In this document: positions 29,735 to 39,952 of the stretch, piece after piece
Layout: each line of letters begins with the position of its first letter
How positions within the stretch are numbered: position 1 is the stretch's first letter
Assembly (NCBI GenBank): GCA_963700285.1
Contig: CAVOXA010000014.1
Span: forward strand, 352,001 to 416,000
Origin: an uncultured Chloroflexia bacterium
GTDB taxonomy: Bacteria; Chloroflexota; Anaerolineae; JAAYZQ01
Length of the DNA stretch: 64,000 nucleotides
Reading direction: 5' to 3'
Position numbers and translations under genes: made by a program
The notes under the pieces: model-generated
The model's database searches: none
What the model was told of the DNA's origin: nothing
What the model saw: only the letters and a program-made list of their open reading frames with translations

Positions 29735-30601
29735 GTGAAGCGACACGATCAGGGGACGTACGAGTATCTCCGCCACCACAAGAAATTCCCGCACGTCTGG
29801 TGCGCCGGGTGCGGCATTGGCATCGTGATGGGCAGCATCCTGCGATCCGTGGAGAACCTGGAACTGAACCAGGACGACGTGGCCGTGGTCTCGGGCATCG
29901 GCTGCACGGGACGCATGCCAGTGTACATGGACTTTAACACGATGCACACGACGCATGGCCGGGCGCTGTCCTTTGCCACGGGCCTCAAGCTGGCCAGGCC
30001 GGAGATGGAGATCATTGTCATCATGGGCGACGGGGATGCGCTGGCCATTGGCGGCAACCATTTCATCCACACAGCCCGGCGCAACATCGATCTGACGGCC
30101 ATCGTGGTCAACAACAGCATCTATGGCATGACCGGCGGCCAGTCGTCGCCGACGACGCCGCTGGACAGCTTTTCGGCCACCGCGCCCTATGGGCACATCG
30201 AACAGCCTTTTCCGATCTGCGACCTGGCCATCGCTGCCGGCGCGGCCTATGTGGCTCGCAGCACCGTATACCACGCCAACCAGTTGGACAAGCTCATCGA
30301 GCAGGCGATGCGCAAGCGGGGTTTCGCGCTGGTGGAGGCGGTCAGCTACTGCCACACGACCTTTGGACGCGCGAACGACATAAAGTCGCCCATCCAGATG
30401 ATGCACCTCATGAAAGACAGCAGCATCACCATCCAGGCAGCCGAAAAGATGGGCGACGAGCTGCCCGAAGGAAAGATCGTGCGGGGCATCCTTCACGACG
30501 AGGACAAGCCAGAATTCACCGATCTCTATGACGACGTTATCGCACGGGCGCAGGGATCGCCGCTGCCGCGCAAGCGCAAAGTGCGCCGGGGTTGGACCTA
30601 G
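29735..30601 (+). CDS. korB: 2-oxoacid:ferredoxin oxidoreductase beta subunit
   Basis: WCAGCGIG, SGIGC, HTTHGRA, GDGD..IGGNH, NN.IYGMTGGQ. GTG start chosen because the longer ORF runs through the repeat. Confidence 0.9.
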   Translation: MKRHDQGTYEYLRHHKKFPHVWCAGCGIGIVMGSILRSVENLELNQDDVAVVSGIGCTGRMPVYMDFNTMHTTHGRALSFATGLKLARPEMEIIVIMGDGDALAIGGNHFIHTARRNIDLTAIVVNNSIYGMTGGQSSPTTPLDSFSATAPYGHIEQPFPICDLAIAAGAAYVARSTVYHANQLDKLIEQAMRKRGFALVEAVSYCHTTFGRANDIKSPIQMMHLMKDSSITIQAAEKMGDELPEGKIVRGILHDEDKPEFTDLYDDVIARAQGSPLPRKRKVRRGWT

Positions 30602-30609
30602 GGGCCAGG

Positions 30610-31221
30610 ATGATGGAAAAGGATCGACAAGAAGCGCGAAGAGCACTGGATGACCGCTACGAGGTTCGCCTAGCCGGCGAAGGCGGGCAAGGCATGATCC
30701 TGGCCGGCGTGATCCTGGCCGAGGCGGCAGCGGTGCACGATGGATTGAACGCCATCCAGACCCAGAGCTACGGACCTGAAGCCCGCGGCGGGGCAAGCCG
30801 GTCGGAAGTGATCATTGCCAAAGGTGAGGTGGACTATCCAAAGGTGATGGCCGCTGACCTGCTGCTGTGCATGAGCCAGGAAGCGTGCGACCGGTTCTAC
30901 GAGCAGGTCAAAGAGGACGGCATGATCGTCGTAGACTCGACCAGCGTCAGCCGCTTGCCCAGCCACAGAGCGGTGGCGGTACCCATCTCGCAACTGGCCC
31001 AGGAGGAGACGGGGCGCAAAATCACGGCCAGCATCGTAGCACTGGGGCTGGTCGCCGGACTGACCGGGATCGTCAGCCGCCAGGCGCTATCGGCGGCCGT
31101 CAACGACCGGGTGCCGCGGGGGACAGAAGAGATCAATATGAAGGCGCTGGAGGCCGGTTATGCCGCAGCGCAAAGATTGAAGCAAAAAGTGCCAGATCTG
31201 CCAATCGCCTGGTCGCAATAG
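30610..31221 (+). CDS. korC: 2-oxoacid:ferredoxin oxidoreductase gamma subunit
   Basis: AGEGGQG, QSYGPEARGGASRSEV. Confidence 0.9.
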   Translation: MMEKDRQEARRALDDRYEVRLAGEGGQGMILAGVILAEAAAVHDGLNAIQTQSYGPEARGGASRSEVIIAKGEVDYPKVMAADLLLCMSQEACDRFYEQVKEDGMIVVDSTSVSRLPSHRAVAVPISQLAQEETGRKITASIVALGLVAGLTGIVSRQALSAAVNDRVPRGTEEINMKALEAGYAAAQRLKQKVPDLPIAWSQ

Positions 31222-32168
31222 ACGGAAGGGCTTGCAGGCTCTCGGACCGGCGGCGATTGTGAAGCCGCCAGCACCAACGCTGTTTCACCCCCCAATCGCA
31301 CCAGCCGGATGCCCAAGCGGGCGAGGATGAAGAGCTGCTGGACCAGCAGCACCAGAAGCCACCCATCGAGGCGCAGGTAGGGCATCGACCCCAGACGAAA
31401 GAGCGCGTGCAGGGCCGCCGCCAACAGGAGCGACAGCAGATACAGGCCGGCCACCGGCAGGGGGTGGCGGAAGACGAAGCGCAAGCCGCTGCCGAGGGCG
31501 CGGACGGCGCTCTGGGTGTCGCCAACGACGGCGGCGACACGGGCGTATTCCAGCAGAACCAGCCAGAAGGCCAGCCAGAGCCCTAGTCCGGCGACGAGCA
31601 GCCAGACGAGCCATTGGCCGACCGAGAGGGCGGCCACAATGAGGAGCACCCCCGGGATGAGACCGATGAGCCAGCCAAAGGCTTGTACCAGACCCAGGAG
31701 CAGAAAGGCGCCAAACCAATGCCAGCAGCCCCAGAGGAAGCGACGCCAGCGGAAGGGCTGGGGGGCCCCACCGCCGGTCAGTTGCGGGTCCCCGGCGTAG
31801 GTCAGGAGCAAGCCGCCAGTCAGGAAGGAGGCCGGCAGCCAGGCCAGCCAGGGCAGGGCTACGAGCGTGATGAGAGCCAACAAGAGCGCCTGCTGCAGGT
31901 CCGGTGCCAGGGAGGGTTCCGGGCCACCCTGGCCCAGGGCCGCCCTGGCATTGGGCGACATCAACGTCTCAAGCACCAACCAGGCATCCAGGCCATCGGC
32001 AGCCTGCCGAATCGCCGGACGGTGGCCGAGCTCGGAGACCAGGGACAGCGCCGGGAGGAAGGCCAAAAGCAGAGCGCCCAGCAGGTTGGCCGCGTACAAG
32101 ATCAGCCACACCTGCCAGTAGCGCGTTGTGCGAGCCAGGCCCGCCCGGAAGGCCGACCAGGCACTCAT
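31158..32168 (-). CDS. Multi-pass membrane protein coupled to the M1 peptidase
   Basis: About six hydrophobic segments; starts 2 nt after the peptidase stop. Confidence 0.7.
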   Translation of the reverse strand: MSAWSAFRAGLARTTRYWQVWLILYAANLLGALLLAFLPALSLVSELGHRPAIRQAADGLDAWLVLETLMSPNARAALGQGGPEPSLAPDLQQALLLALITLVALPWLAWLPASFLTGGLLLTYAGDPQLTGGGAPQPFRWRRFLWGCWHWFGAFLLLGLVQAFGWLIGLIPGVLLIVAALSVGQWLVWLLVAGLGLWLAFWLVLLEYARVAAVVGDTQSAVRALGSGLRFVFRHPLPVAGLYLLSLLLAAALHALFRLGSMPYLRLDGWLLVLLVQQLFILARLGIRLVRLGGETALVLAASQSPPVREPASPSVYCDQAIGRSGTFCFNLCAAA

Positions 32169-32170
32169 GG

Positions 32171-34123
32171 CTACAGGCCTCCCAGGGCCAGCAGGACATT
32201 TTGAAGATTGTAAAACAAGCGCGTCACGAGTGCCAGCCAGGCCGATACCTCCAGCCGGCGGCTGAGGCCATTGTCTCCCCACTGTAGGTCGACCACTATT
32301 TTGCCTTCGGGGTCTATTTCGGCGCTGCGGAGTGGCGTGCGATCCAGGTAGCCAAAGATCCGCTCCCGCTCCTGCCCGTCCCACGGTTCGACAACCGTGC
32401 TGCCATCAACAAAGGTCACCCGTATCTCTGTAGGCACGATCAACTCACCCTGGCGGGCCACGGTGACGCTGTGCTCATCTACCCCTGTGACGGTGTAGTT
32501 CAACACACCCTCACCGTAGACCAGACCGTCAAAGAACCAGGCCAGGTCCTGGCCCGAGACCTGCTCGGCCACGGCTCGAAAGTCCTCGGTGGTGGGGTGG
32601 GCGAATTGATAGCGCTGGAAGAAGGTGCGCATCACCTCCAGCATCACCTCCTCGCCCAGGGTACGCTCCAAGGTACGCAGGGCCAGCGCCGGCTTGGCAT
32701 AGGCGCCGACACTATACTCCATGCCGCCAAAGTCCCAGGCCGGCCGGTACATGGGTACCTGGGGGCTGCTCAGGTACTCGGCCCGCCGTAGATCCAGGCC
32801 GCCGATGCGGAGGTAACGACTATCGATGAAAGAGGTGTCCTCGCCATAGACGGCGTCCATGGCCCGAGCCGCCGAGTACTCGGTAAAGCCCTCGTCCAAC
32901 CAGGGCTCTTCGGCCTCGTTGAAGGCGACCATGGACTGCCACCACTGGTGGCCGATCTCGTGGACGATGACCAGCTCTAACATGCGGATGGAGGGCAGGC
33001 TCATCGGCCCGGCGCACTCGCCAAAGGGATTCAGCGTCCCGGCTGTGACCAGGGTGGGATACTCCATCCCTCCGGCCCCCTGGTCATCGTCGGGCACATC
33101 GACCACCGTGAGGCGCTGGTAGGGGTACTGGCCGTACCAATTGCCAAAGTGGCGCACTGCCGCCTCGGCCGCATCGAGGGCTCGCTGTACCGACCATTCA
33201 TGTTCCGGAAGGTAGAGATAGAGCACCTCGACACCGTCTACCTGGCGCGTTGCGGTCTGGAAATGGGGCGAGGCGGTCCAGGCGAAATCGATGACATTCT
33301 CAGCCTGGTAGCGCACGGTCTGGGTGCCGTCGCCATTGTCTGCGGTGGAAAGGGGCAGGCCCGTGCCGCCGGTGACATAGTTGCCGGGCAAGGTGATGGC
33401 CACGTCATAAGCGCCAAAGTCGGCATAGAACTCGGCGTTGGCGTGGAAGGGGTAGGCGTTCCAGGACCCATCCTGCCACACGCCCAGCTTGGGGAACCAC
33501 TGGCCCATCATGAAAAAGTCGGCGGCGTAGCCGGTGCGGGCAAAGATGCGGGGCAGTTGAGCCTGGTACTCGAGTTCCACCTGCACGCGGTCACTAGGGG
33601 CAATGGGGTTGGGGAGGTCGGCACGGGCTAGCGTACCGTCCGCGATCTCTTCCAGGCTGAGGGGCGTACCGTCAGCCAAGCGGATGTCCGTCACCTCGAT
33701 CCAGCCAGCATGTTCCGGGTACCAGCCGTAGCCACGATGGCCCATTCCACTCTCTTGCAGAAAGACGCTGTTCTCATCACGGAAGGCATTGAGGTAGAGA
33801 TGGAAGACCAGGTCCGGTATGGGCTCTTTCGTGGTGTTGACGTAGGTGAGCACCTGGCGGGCGGTGAGGGCCTTGGCATCCACATCGAGGGCGACATCAA
33901 TGGCATAAGAGGCGACGGGCAGCGATGGAGACGGGGCCGACACGGGGGCGTGGGGACTTGATATTCCGGCATAGGCGGGTAGGTCTGAAAAGAACAGGCC
34001 GGCCAGCACGGAAAGCAGCAGCAGGCAGGCCAAGAGAGCCACAATGCGAGATGCAGCCGGCCGGCGCGGGCCCTGGAAAGCGCCTATTCGGGCATCTCGA
34101 CTATCTCTGACTCTGAACACCAT
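32171..34123 (-). CDS. M1 family Zn aminopeptidase, exported
   Basis: GGMEYP, HEIGH-x18-E (WLDEG), N-terminal hydrophobic segment. Confidence 0.9.
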   Translation of the reverse strand: MVFRVRDSRDARIGAFQGPRRPAASRIVALLACLLLLSVLAGLFFSDLPAYAGISSPHAPVSAPSPSLPVASYAIDVALDVDAKALTARQVLTYVNTTKEPIPDLVFHLYLNAFRDENSVFLQESGMGHRGYGWYPEHAGWIEVTDIRLADGTPLSLEEIADGTLARADLPNPIAPSDRVQVELEYQAQLPRIFARTGYAADFFMMGQWFPKLGVWQDGSWNAYPFHANAEFYADFGAYDVAITLPGNYVTGGTGLPLSTADNGDGTQTVRYQAENVIDFAWTASPHFQTATRQVDGVEVLYLYLPEHEWSVQRALDAAEAAVRHFGNWYGQYPYQRLTVVDVPDDDQGAGGMEYPTLVTAGTLNPFGECAGPMSLPSIRMLELVIVHEIGHQWWQSMVAFNEAEEPWLDEGFTEYSAARAMDAVYGEDTSFIDSRYLRIGGLDLRRAEYLSSPQVPMYRPAWDFGGMEYSVGAYAKPALALRTLERTLGEEVMLEVMRTFFQRYQFAHPTTEDFRAVAEQVSGQDLAWFFDGLVYGEGVLNYTVTGVDEHSVTVARQGELIVPTEIRVTFVDGSTVVEPWDGQERERIFGYLDRTPLRSAEIDPEGKIVVDLQWGDNGLSRRLEVSAWLALVTRLFYNLQNVLLALGGL

Positions 34124-34238
34124 GCACTGGATCCCTAACCGGTATTTCTATGCGGTGAGCATGACATAGTTGTCCTTGCGAGTTTATCTATGGCGCCAAG
34201 GCCCGCTCTAGGTGGAAGAAACTTGCCCTTGGGTAGTC

Positions 34239-34338
34239 GTCATCCTGAGCGGCAGCGAAGATGTTCCAAGTCCTCGAAGGGGTACTCGGACGGGCGCAAG
34301 TGAGATTCTTCACTCCGCTGCGCTGCGTTCAGAATGAC
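34239..34338. repeat. MITE/REP-like palindromic element (same family as 29603)
   Basis: gtcatcctgagcggcagcgaag ... agattcttcac...gttcagaatgac. Confidence 0.8.
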
Positions 34339-34449
34339 ATGAATTCAGTTTTTGGTAGTGATCCACTTGTTCAGCACGACAGGGTCCTTTTTCTGCTCAT
34401 TTTTGCGTTTGGTATCTGGTCTCGGACCCGATGCGAGCGACTAGGATGC

Positions 34450-35484
34450 TCAAAGCCAGGGCGTGATGACCGTGCGGACCTCGCCACCAAAGAGGTGCAG
34501 TTGGTCCATCGCCGCATTGATGGCTCCGGCTTGCAGAGGAACCGTCCGCGTCACCACGTTCGACAGGTCGAGGGTCCCTTGTGCCACAAACTCGACCAGC
34601 AAGGGCAGCTCCCAGAGCAGATGGTCAGAGCAGCCAATGACCTCGGCCTCTTTGGCCAAGAGTTCACGATAGGAGTCTATCTTGAAGGGTTCAGCGGCGA
34701 TGCCAACGATCACCGCCCTGCCCAGGACGCCCAGGGAGCGCAGGGCCTGCTCCATCGTCTCGGGCAGTCCGATGAGTTCCAGGGCTACGTCCACGCCCCT
34801 GCCGCCAGTGAGGCGTATGATCTCGGCCACGGGATCTGCTAACGCGGCGTTGACCGGGATGGCCCCGCAGTCCCGGGCCAGGTTGAGTTTTTCTTGGTTT
34901 ATGTCAACGGCATAGACATGCAGCGCGCCAAAGGCCCGGGCCAGTTGGACGGCCGAAATGCCCAGCCCACCGGCGCCAAACAGGGCGACCGTTTCACCAG
35001 CTTGCAGCCGTGCTTTGCGCAGGGCGTGGAACGAGGTGGAGGATGAGCACATCAACACAGCACCTGCCTCAAACGATACCTCGTCGGGAAGCCGAACCGC
35101 GTTGCGGGCCGGTACGATGATGTATTCGGCATAGCCACCGTCACGATCCTTGCCCAGCATCTCGCCCTGGGAGCAGAATTGCTCGTTGCCTGTTCGACAA
35201 AAACCACACTCGCCGCAGGTCACCAGGTAGTGCAGGCATACCCTATCACCCACCGATACGGCGCTCACCTGAGCCCCCACCTCCTGGACGGTACCGGCGA
35301 TCTCGTGACCCAGTGTCTGGGGCAGAGCGCCTACCGGCGAGGTACCAGCCCGGTAATGGACGTCCGAGTGGCAGATGCCGGCTGCCTTGACCCGTACGAG
35401 GATGTCTCTTGCGCCTACCTGCGGGATGGGCACAGCCCGCATCTCTAGCGGTTTTCCAATCTCAACCAGTTGAACAGCCTGCAT
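34450..35484 (-). CDS. Zn-dependent alcohol dehydrogenase (MDR family)
   Basis: GICHSD, GHE, CGECGFC..C structural Zn, GAGGLG; RBS AGGAGG. Confidence 0.92.
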   Translation of the reverse strand: MQAVQLVEIGKPLEMRAVPIPQVGARDILVRVKAAGICHSDVHYRAGTSPVGALPQTLGHEIAGTVQEVGAQVSAVSVGDRVCLHYLVTCGECGFCRTGNEQFCSQGEMLGKDRDGGYAEYIIVPARNAVRLPDEVSFEAGAVLMCSSSTSFHALRKARLQAGETVALFGAGGLGISAVQLARAFGALHVYAVDINQEKLNLARDCGAIPVNAALADPVAEIIRLTGGRGVDVALELIGLPETMEQALRSLGVLGRAVIVGIAAEPFKIDSYRELLAKEAEVIGCSDHLLWELPLLVEFVAQGTLDLSNVVTRTVPLQAGAINAAMDQLHLFGGEVRTVITPWL

Positions 35485-35537
35485 CTGGTCCTCCTGTGTC
35501 ATACGCTCGTGATGGGCAAAGGTCCCCAATCGGCGGT

Positions 35538-35557
35538 GGTCGGAGACCTGGCCGAAC
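35538..35557. repeat. Short REP-like motif GGTCGGAGACCTGGCCGAAC (second copy near 36966-36983)
   Basis: Near-identical motif in the gaps on both sides of the PrpD gene. Confidence 0.55.
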
Positions 35558-35571
35558 TGATGGGGTCCGGA

Positions 35572-36915
35572 TCAGGCCAGTAGTTGTGCAAACTGGCGCA
35601 CGTCACCTACCTGATCAAAGGCCCAAACCATCTCAACCAGCTCGTCGATCTGGCCCTCAGCCAGGACGTGGCCAGCGAGCCAGCGGAATTTACCTGCCAG
35701 CCGTTCCTCATCCCAGCCCTGCTGGGGGTAGTTGATGTTGCCCTCGACCATACCCGACTCGTGGATGGTGCCATCCTCCAGAGTGATGGTCACGCGAGCC
35801 GCGTATTTGCCCTTGGGATCTCCCTTCTGAAGCAGGCGGCTGAGTTCATTCAGGTCGCCGGCTTCCACGAGTTCGACCTTTTCGGCCAGGCTGCGTATCT
35901 TTGAGTCACCGAAACGATGGTCCAGAACCTGGGCGGGACCCACCTCTCCGTCAACCAAGAGGGCCGCCAACGGCCAGGCCAGGCTGAACTGCGCTTCTTC
36001 GGTTGTGGTCGGGAGTTCTGTTCCCAACCGGACCGTTTGGTGCGGCGCTTCGACGTATAGGTGGGCGATCTCTGCTACGTCGATGCCGTGGGTAGCAACC
36101 AGTTGCTGCGCCCCCTTCATCGCCGCGTGGTTCCAGGCACAGCAAGCATAACCTTTCCAGGCAACGCCGCCGGCCATGATATAGGTCTGTCCGATGTCGC
36201 CGACCCAATCGCTGTACTCTTGCAGGCCCAGGACACTGGGAACACCGGTGAAGCCCCTTGCTGCCAATTGGGCAGCCGTGATGCCGGTCATCGCCCCCCA
36301 GCCAATGCCGTGCTTGACCATGGCCGGATCGTCAATGTCGCGCATCATGGGCAGGTTGGGCGCATGGTAGGCAGCGATGCCAAGGGCGTGCCGTGTCTGT
36401 TCTGGGCTGAGTCCCAGAAGGTGGGCAGCCACAGCCGCGCAGGCCACTGAGCCCCAAGAGCCACATGCCTGGTAGACCTCCTGGGTGGCGTGCCAGATGC
36501 GAGCAGTTCGATGGGCGACCTCGTAGCCGACGACCATTGCCGTAAGCATTTTCGACCCGCTTGCGGCCAGCGCCTCGCCCAGGGCCAGCGCGGTGGGGAA
36601 GATCTGCGCGCCAGGATGGCCCTTGGTGTACAGGGCACAGTCATCAATGTCCACGCCGTTGGCGGTGTAGCCGTTGGCAAAAGCCGCACCGATGGCTGAG
36701 GCGCGCCGCCCATGGAGGAGGATCGTCGCCTCTTGCCCGGACCATGTTTCCGCGGCGTACTGGGCGGTGATGCGGCTGACGGGTGTCAGCGTGCCAGCCA
36801 GTGTCGCCCCCAACGTGTCCAGCAGGGTCATGTGGGCTGCGCGCTGCACTGAAGGTGACAGCTTTTCCCAGGTTATGTCACTTACGAAGCGAGCCACAAT
36901 TTCGTTGCCGTTCAT
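35572..36915 (-). CDS. MmgE/PrpD family protein
   Basis: LLDTLG, DIDD...GHPG, VGYEV, K.YACC...H, AQFSL. Confidence 0.9.
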   Translation of the reverse strand: MNGNEIVARFVSDITWEKLSPSVQRAAHMTLLDTLGATLAGTLTPVSRITAQYAAETWSGQEATILLHGRRASAIGAAFANGYTANGVDIDDCALYTKGHPGAQIFPTALALGEALAASGSKMLTAMVVGYEVAHRTARIWHATQEVYQACGSWGSVACAAVAAHLLGLSPEQTRHALGIAAYHAPNLPMMRDIDDPAMVKHGIGWGAMTGITAAQLAARGFTGVPSVLGLQEYSDWVGDIGQTYIMAGGVAWKGYACCAWNHAAMKGAQQLVATHGIDVAEIAHLYVEAPHQTVRLGTELPTTTEEAQFSLAWPLAALLVDGEVGPAQVLDHRFGDSKIRSLAEKVELVEAGDLNELSRLLQKGDPKGKYAARVTITLEDGTIHESGMVEGNINYPQQGWDEERLAGKFRWLAGHVLAEGQIDELVEMVWAFDQVGDVRQFAQLLA

Positions 36916-36991
36916 GATGATTGCCTCAGTGTTGGATAGTCTGTGACTAGGCCCGGCCGGCAGCGGCCGGAGACCTGGCCGAACAGGTCTT

Positions 36992-38419
36992 CTAGCTCCC
37001 GAGAATATGGGCAATCTCCTGGCGTTGGCCGGCGGGCAATGGGGCCGGCCTGTGCTCCTCAATGATGGCCACTGTCTTTTCTCGCAATCGCTGGCCGAGC
37101 CTCTCACTGCCAGCGGCCACCCAATCGTCGGCCCGCCGCCTGTCAAAAAGACCGGGCCGCCACAGTTCGCGAAAATGCTTCAACGTGTGCCCTGCTGTCA
37201 AAAAGTCGCCGCCCGGCCCAACCTGGTGGATCACGTCCAACGCCAGGGACTCGGCGTCCAGCGACAGGCCCTGCATAAAGCGGCGCATCATTGAGATGAC
37301 CTCGGCCGTAAAGACGACCATCTCCGGGGAAGTCGTCAGGCCGGCCTCCAGGTAGCCGACGTCGTGCACCAGGTTTCCTCCCGCCAGTAGCGCCACCTGC
37401 ACCGAGAATGCAGCGTCGGCCGCCGCCTGCTCGTCCATGGCACAACTATCGGAGTGGCCGGCATAGCCCCAGGTTGGAAGGCCGTAGTACCGCCCCATCT
37501 CGGCCACAGCCACCCGGGCCAGTTGAAACTCGGGGGCACCGTAAACGCTGATGGTGCTTTTCATGTCCATGTGATGCAGTCCGCTGCCATAGACAAAGGG
37601 AGCGCCGGGGCGCACGAGCTGGTGCAGGACCAGGCTTGACAGGACCTCGGCGTTGCCCAGAGCCAGCCCACCGGCCAGGGTCACAGGCGCCGTGCCGCCC
37701 ATCATTGGCGCCGGGGAATGGACGATGGGCAGGGCCTGCTCGGCCATGTACAGCAGCTTGCCGGTAGCGGTTTCAGAATGCGAAAGGGGGGTCGTTGGCT
37801 CCGAGTAGAGAAGCAGCGTGGGATTCAGACGCAAGGACTCCATCCCGCCCGCGGGTACCGAGGCCATCGCGGCGATGGCTTCGCAGTCAGCCCGGTCGTC
37901 ACAGACAAAGACGATGGGCTTGCTGGTATGCTCCAGCATCAGCGAGAATTGGAGGCGGTAGGCGTTGGCGGTCGTCCAGTCAGAGGGGATGCCCATGGAC
38001 ATGCAGAAACCCAGTTCAGGCAGGGCGTCCACGACGTGGATGGCGTCGACCACGTCGGCAACCGTGAACGAGCGATGCTGCCCGGTGCGGGGATCGAGAT
38101 AGTTGGGGCAGTCTGAGCCCGGGCCAAAGCTGACCTGCCTGCCTTCCAGGGAAACAGAGACTTGATCGCTGCCCCGGCGGCATAGCGCGATCCGGGAGGG
38201 AGCCTGCTTCACAGCCCACTCTACCAGGCCGGCCGGAAAGCGGACCAGATTTGTGTCGGTGATGAGGGCGTCGGTCTGGCTCAGGAGGGCCAACGCTCCG
38301 TCGTGATGGATGCGCACGCCGGTGCGCCTCAGAATCTCCAGTGATGCGCGGTGCACGACCTCACACTGCTCTCGGCTGAGCATCGCCAGACGGGGAACTG
38401 CCAGGGTTTCATCTGTCAT
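36992..38419 (-). CDS. MttB-superfamily methyltransferase 1 (non-pyrrolysine)
   Basis: H.ASLEIL..TGV, GGTAPVTLAG, YGAPE, AGHSDS, GNLVHDVGYLE, VGPGG.FL. Confidence 0.92.
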   Translation of the reverse strand: MTDETLAVPRLAMLSREQCEVVHRASLEILRRTGVRIHHDGALALLSQTDALITDTNLVRFPAGLVEWAVKQAPSRIALCRRGSDQVSVSLEGRQVSFGPGSDCPNYLDPRTGQHRSFTVADVVDAIHVVDALPELGFCMSMGIPSDWTTANAYRLQFSLMLEHTSKPIVFVCDDRADCEAIAAMASVPAGGMESLRLNPTLLLYSEPTTPLSHSETATGKLLYMAEQALPIVHSPAPMMGGTAPVTLAGGLALGNAEVLSSLVLHQLVRPGAPFVYGSGLHHMDMKSTISVYGAPEFQLARVAVAEMGRYYGLPTWGYAGHSDSCAMDEQAAADAAFSVQVALLAGGNLVHDVGYLEAGLTTSPEMVVFTAEVISMMRRFMQGLSLDAESLALDVIHQVGPGGDFLTAGHTLKHFRELWRPGLFDRRRADDWVAAGSERLGQRLREKTVAIIEEHRPAPLPAGQRQEIAHILGS

Positions 38420-38451
38420 CGTATCACTCTCCTTCCGCTATGAGCCGAGGC

Positions 38452-38480
38452 ATTATACTTCAAAGGCTTGGGCAGAGCAA
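38452..38480 (-). promoter_or_regulatory. Sigma70 promoter for MttB1-PrpD-ADH
   Basis: TTGCTC-17 bp-TATAAT on the minus strand. Confidence 0.65.
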
Positions 38481-38576
38481 GGGACAAGTGTTGGGGAGGC
38501 AAGGCAGAGTCATGTGGCGGGAGGGAGTGTTTGATTGCGAGTCCTCGTCCTGGGGGCGTTGGCGGCTTGAGCAGAG

Positions 38577-38603
38577 TGGATTCCCGCCTGCGCGGGAATG
38601 ACA
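38577..38603. repeat. ATTCCC-N8-GGGAAT palindrome (REP-like)
   Basis: ggattcccgcctgcgcgggaatgac downstream of the aminotransferase. Confidence 0.7.
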
Positions 38604-38629
38604 TAGTCGATGGTTGGCTATGAAGGCGG

Positions 38630-39952
38630 CTAGTGGCCGGTAACTTCGGCAATGGAGTCGCGCAATCGTGTTACGATCTCGTCTACCTGGGATTCCGTGA
38701 TGACGAAGGGGGGGCCGACCAGGATGGCGTCCCCATCCCTACCATCCGCGAGACCGGTACCAATGTAGACGATAAGGCCGCGCGCCATGCAGGCGGCCTG
38801 AACCCGTTCGGCGATCCTATCGGCCCGGGGATAGGGTTGGCGGCTTTGCCGGTCTGCGACCAGCTCGACGCCCGCCATCAGGCCCAAACCGCGGACATCG
38901 CCTACAGCAGAAAGCTCGCGCAGGGATTCGAATTGAGCCAGCAGGTGGTCCCCCATGGCTGCGCTGCGAGCGACCAGATCATGAGCGCGCAGGTGGCGGA
39001 GCACGGCCAGGGCAACGGCCGCTCCCAGTACGCCATTGGCATAGGTGAAACCGTGGGCGAAATTTCCAGAACCGTGGCGGATTGCCGCCACCATCTCCCC
39101 GCTGCACAGAACCAGGCCCAGCGGGTAATAGCCACTGCTGGCTCCCTTGGCGGTTACCAGGATGTCGGGAGTGACATCCCAGTGCTCTACTCCAAACCAG
39201 CGCCCGGTCCGGCCGAAACCGGTCATCACTTCGTCGGCAATGAGCAACACACCATAGCGGTCACAGATCTCGCGCACGCGGGGCCAATATTCCGGAGGGG
39301 GCACCGCGGCGGCCAGGGTCGCACCGACGACCGGTTCCCCGACAAAGGCCATCACTGTTTCCGGTCCTTGGCGAAGGATCTCTGCCTCCAGGGCAGCGGC
39401 GCAGGCAGTGTCGCAATCCGGGTAGGACTGCCCAAATGGACAGCGGTAGCAATAGGCTGGAGGGATGTGGGCCACGTCCAGCAATAACGGCGCATAGGCC
39501 GTGCGCAGGGGCGTACGACCGGAGACCGACAGCGCGCCCAGGGTCGATCCGTGATAGCTTCCCCAACGCGCGACGATCTTGGAGCGACCCGGTTCCCCAC
39601 GGGAGACGCACACCTGCCGGGCCAGCTTGAGTGCTGTCTCCATGGCCTCGGAGCCGCCAGACACCAGATAGATCCAGGGCTCGGGAATCGGAGAGACCTG
39701 GCCCAATTTCCCGGCATAATTCTCCAGCACGTCGCTGGTGAATTGGGTGCCATGGGCAAAGGCTACCTGCCGCGCCTGGACTGCCAGCGCTTCGACGATC
39801 TGGGCCACTCCGTGGCCCAGGTTGACCACCAGAGCGCCACCAGCAGCATCCAGGTACTGCCGGCCGGCGGTATCATAGAGGTAGACGCCCTCGCCACGCT
39901 GGACAACTGGATAGTCATGCGCCAGCCTGCGGTGGAAAACGTGCCCGCTCAT
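38630..39952 (-). CDS. Class III PLP aminotransferase
   Basis: YLDAAGG, SGGSEA, SYHG.T, DEVMTGFGRTG, AKG, RGLGLM. Confidence 0.92.
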   Translation of the reverse strand: MSGHVFHRRLAHDYPVVQRGEGVYLYDTAGRQYLDAAGGALVVNLGHGVAQIVEALAVQARQVAFAHGTQFTSDVLENYAGKLGQVSPIPEPWIYLVSGGSEAMETALKLARQVCVSRGEPGRSKIVARWGSYHGSTLGALSVSGRTPLRTAYAPLLLDVAHIPPAYCYRCPFGQSYPDCDTACAAALEAEILRQGPETVMAFVGEPVVGATLAAAVPPPEYWPRVREICDRYGVLLIADEVMTGFGRTGRWFGVEHWDVTPDILVTAKGASSGYYPLGLVLCSGEMVAAIRHGSGNFAHGFTYANGVLGAAVALAVLRHLRAHDLVARSAAMGDHLLAQFESLRELSAVGDVRGLGLMAGVELVADRQSRQPYPRADRIAERVQAACMARGLIVYIGTGLADGRDGDAILVGPPFVITESQVDEIVTRLRDSIAEVTGH

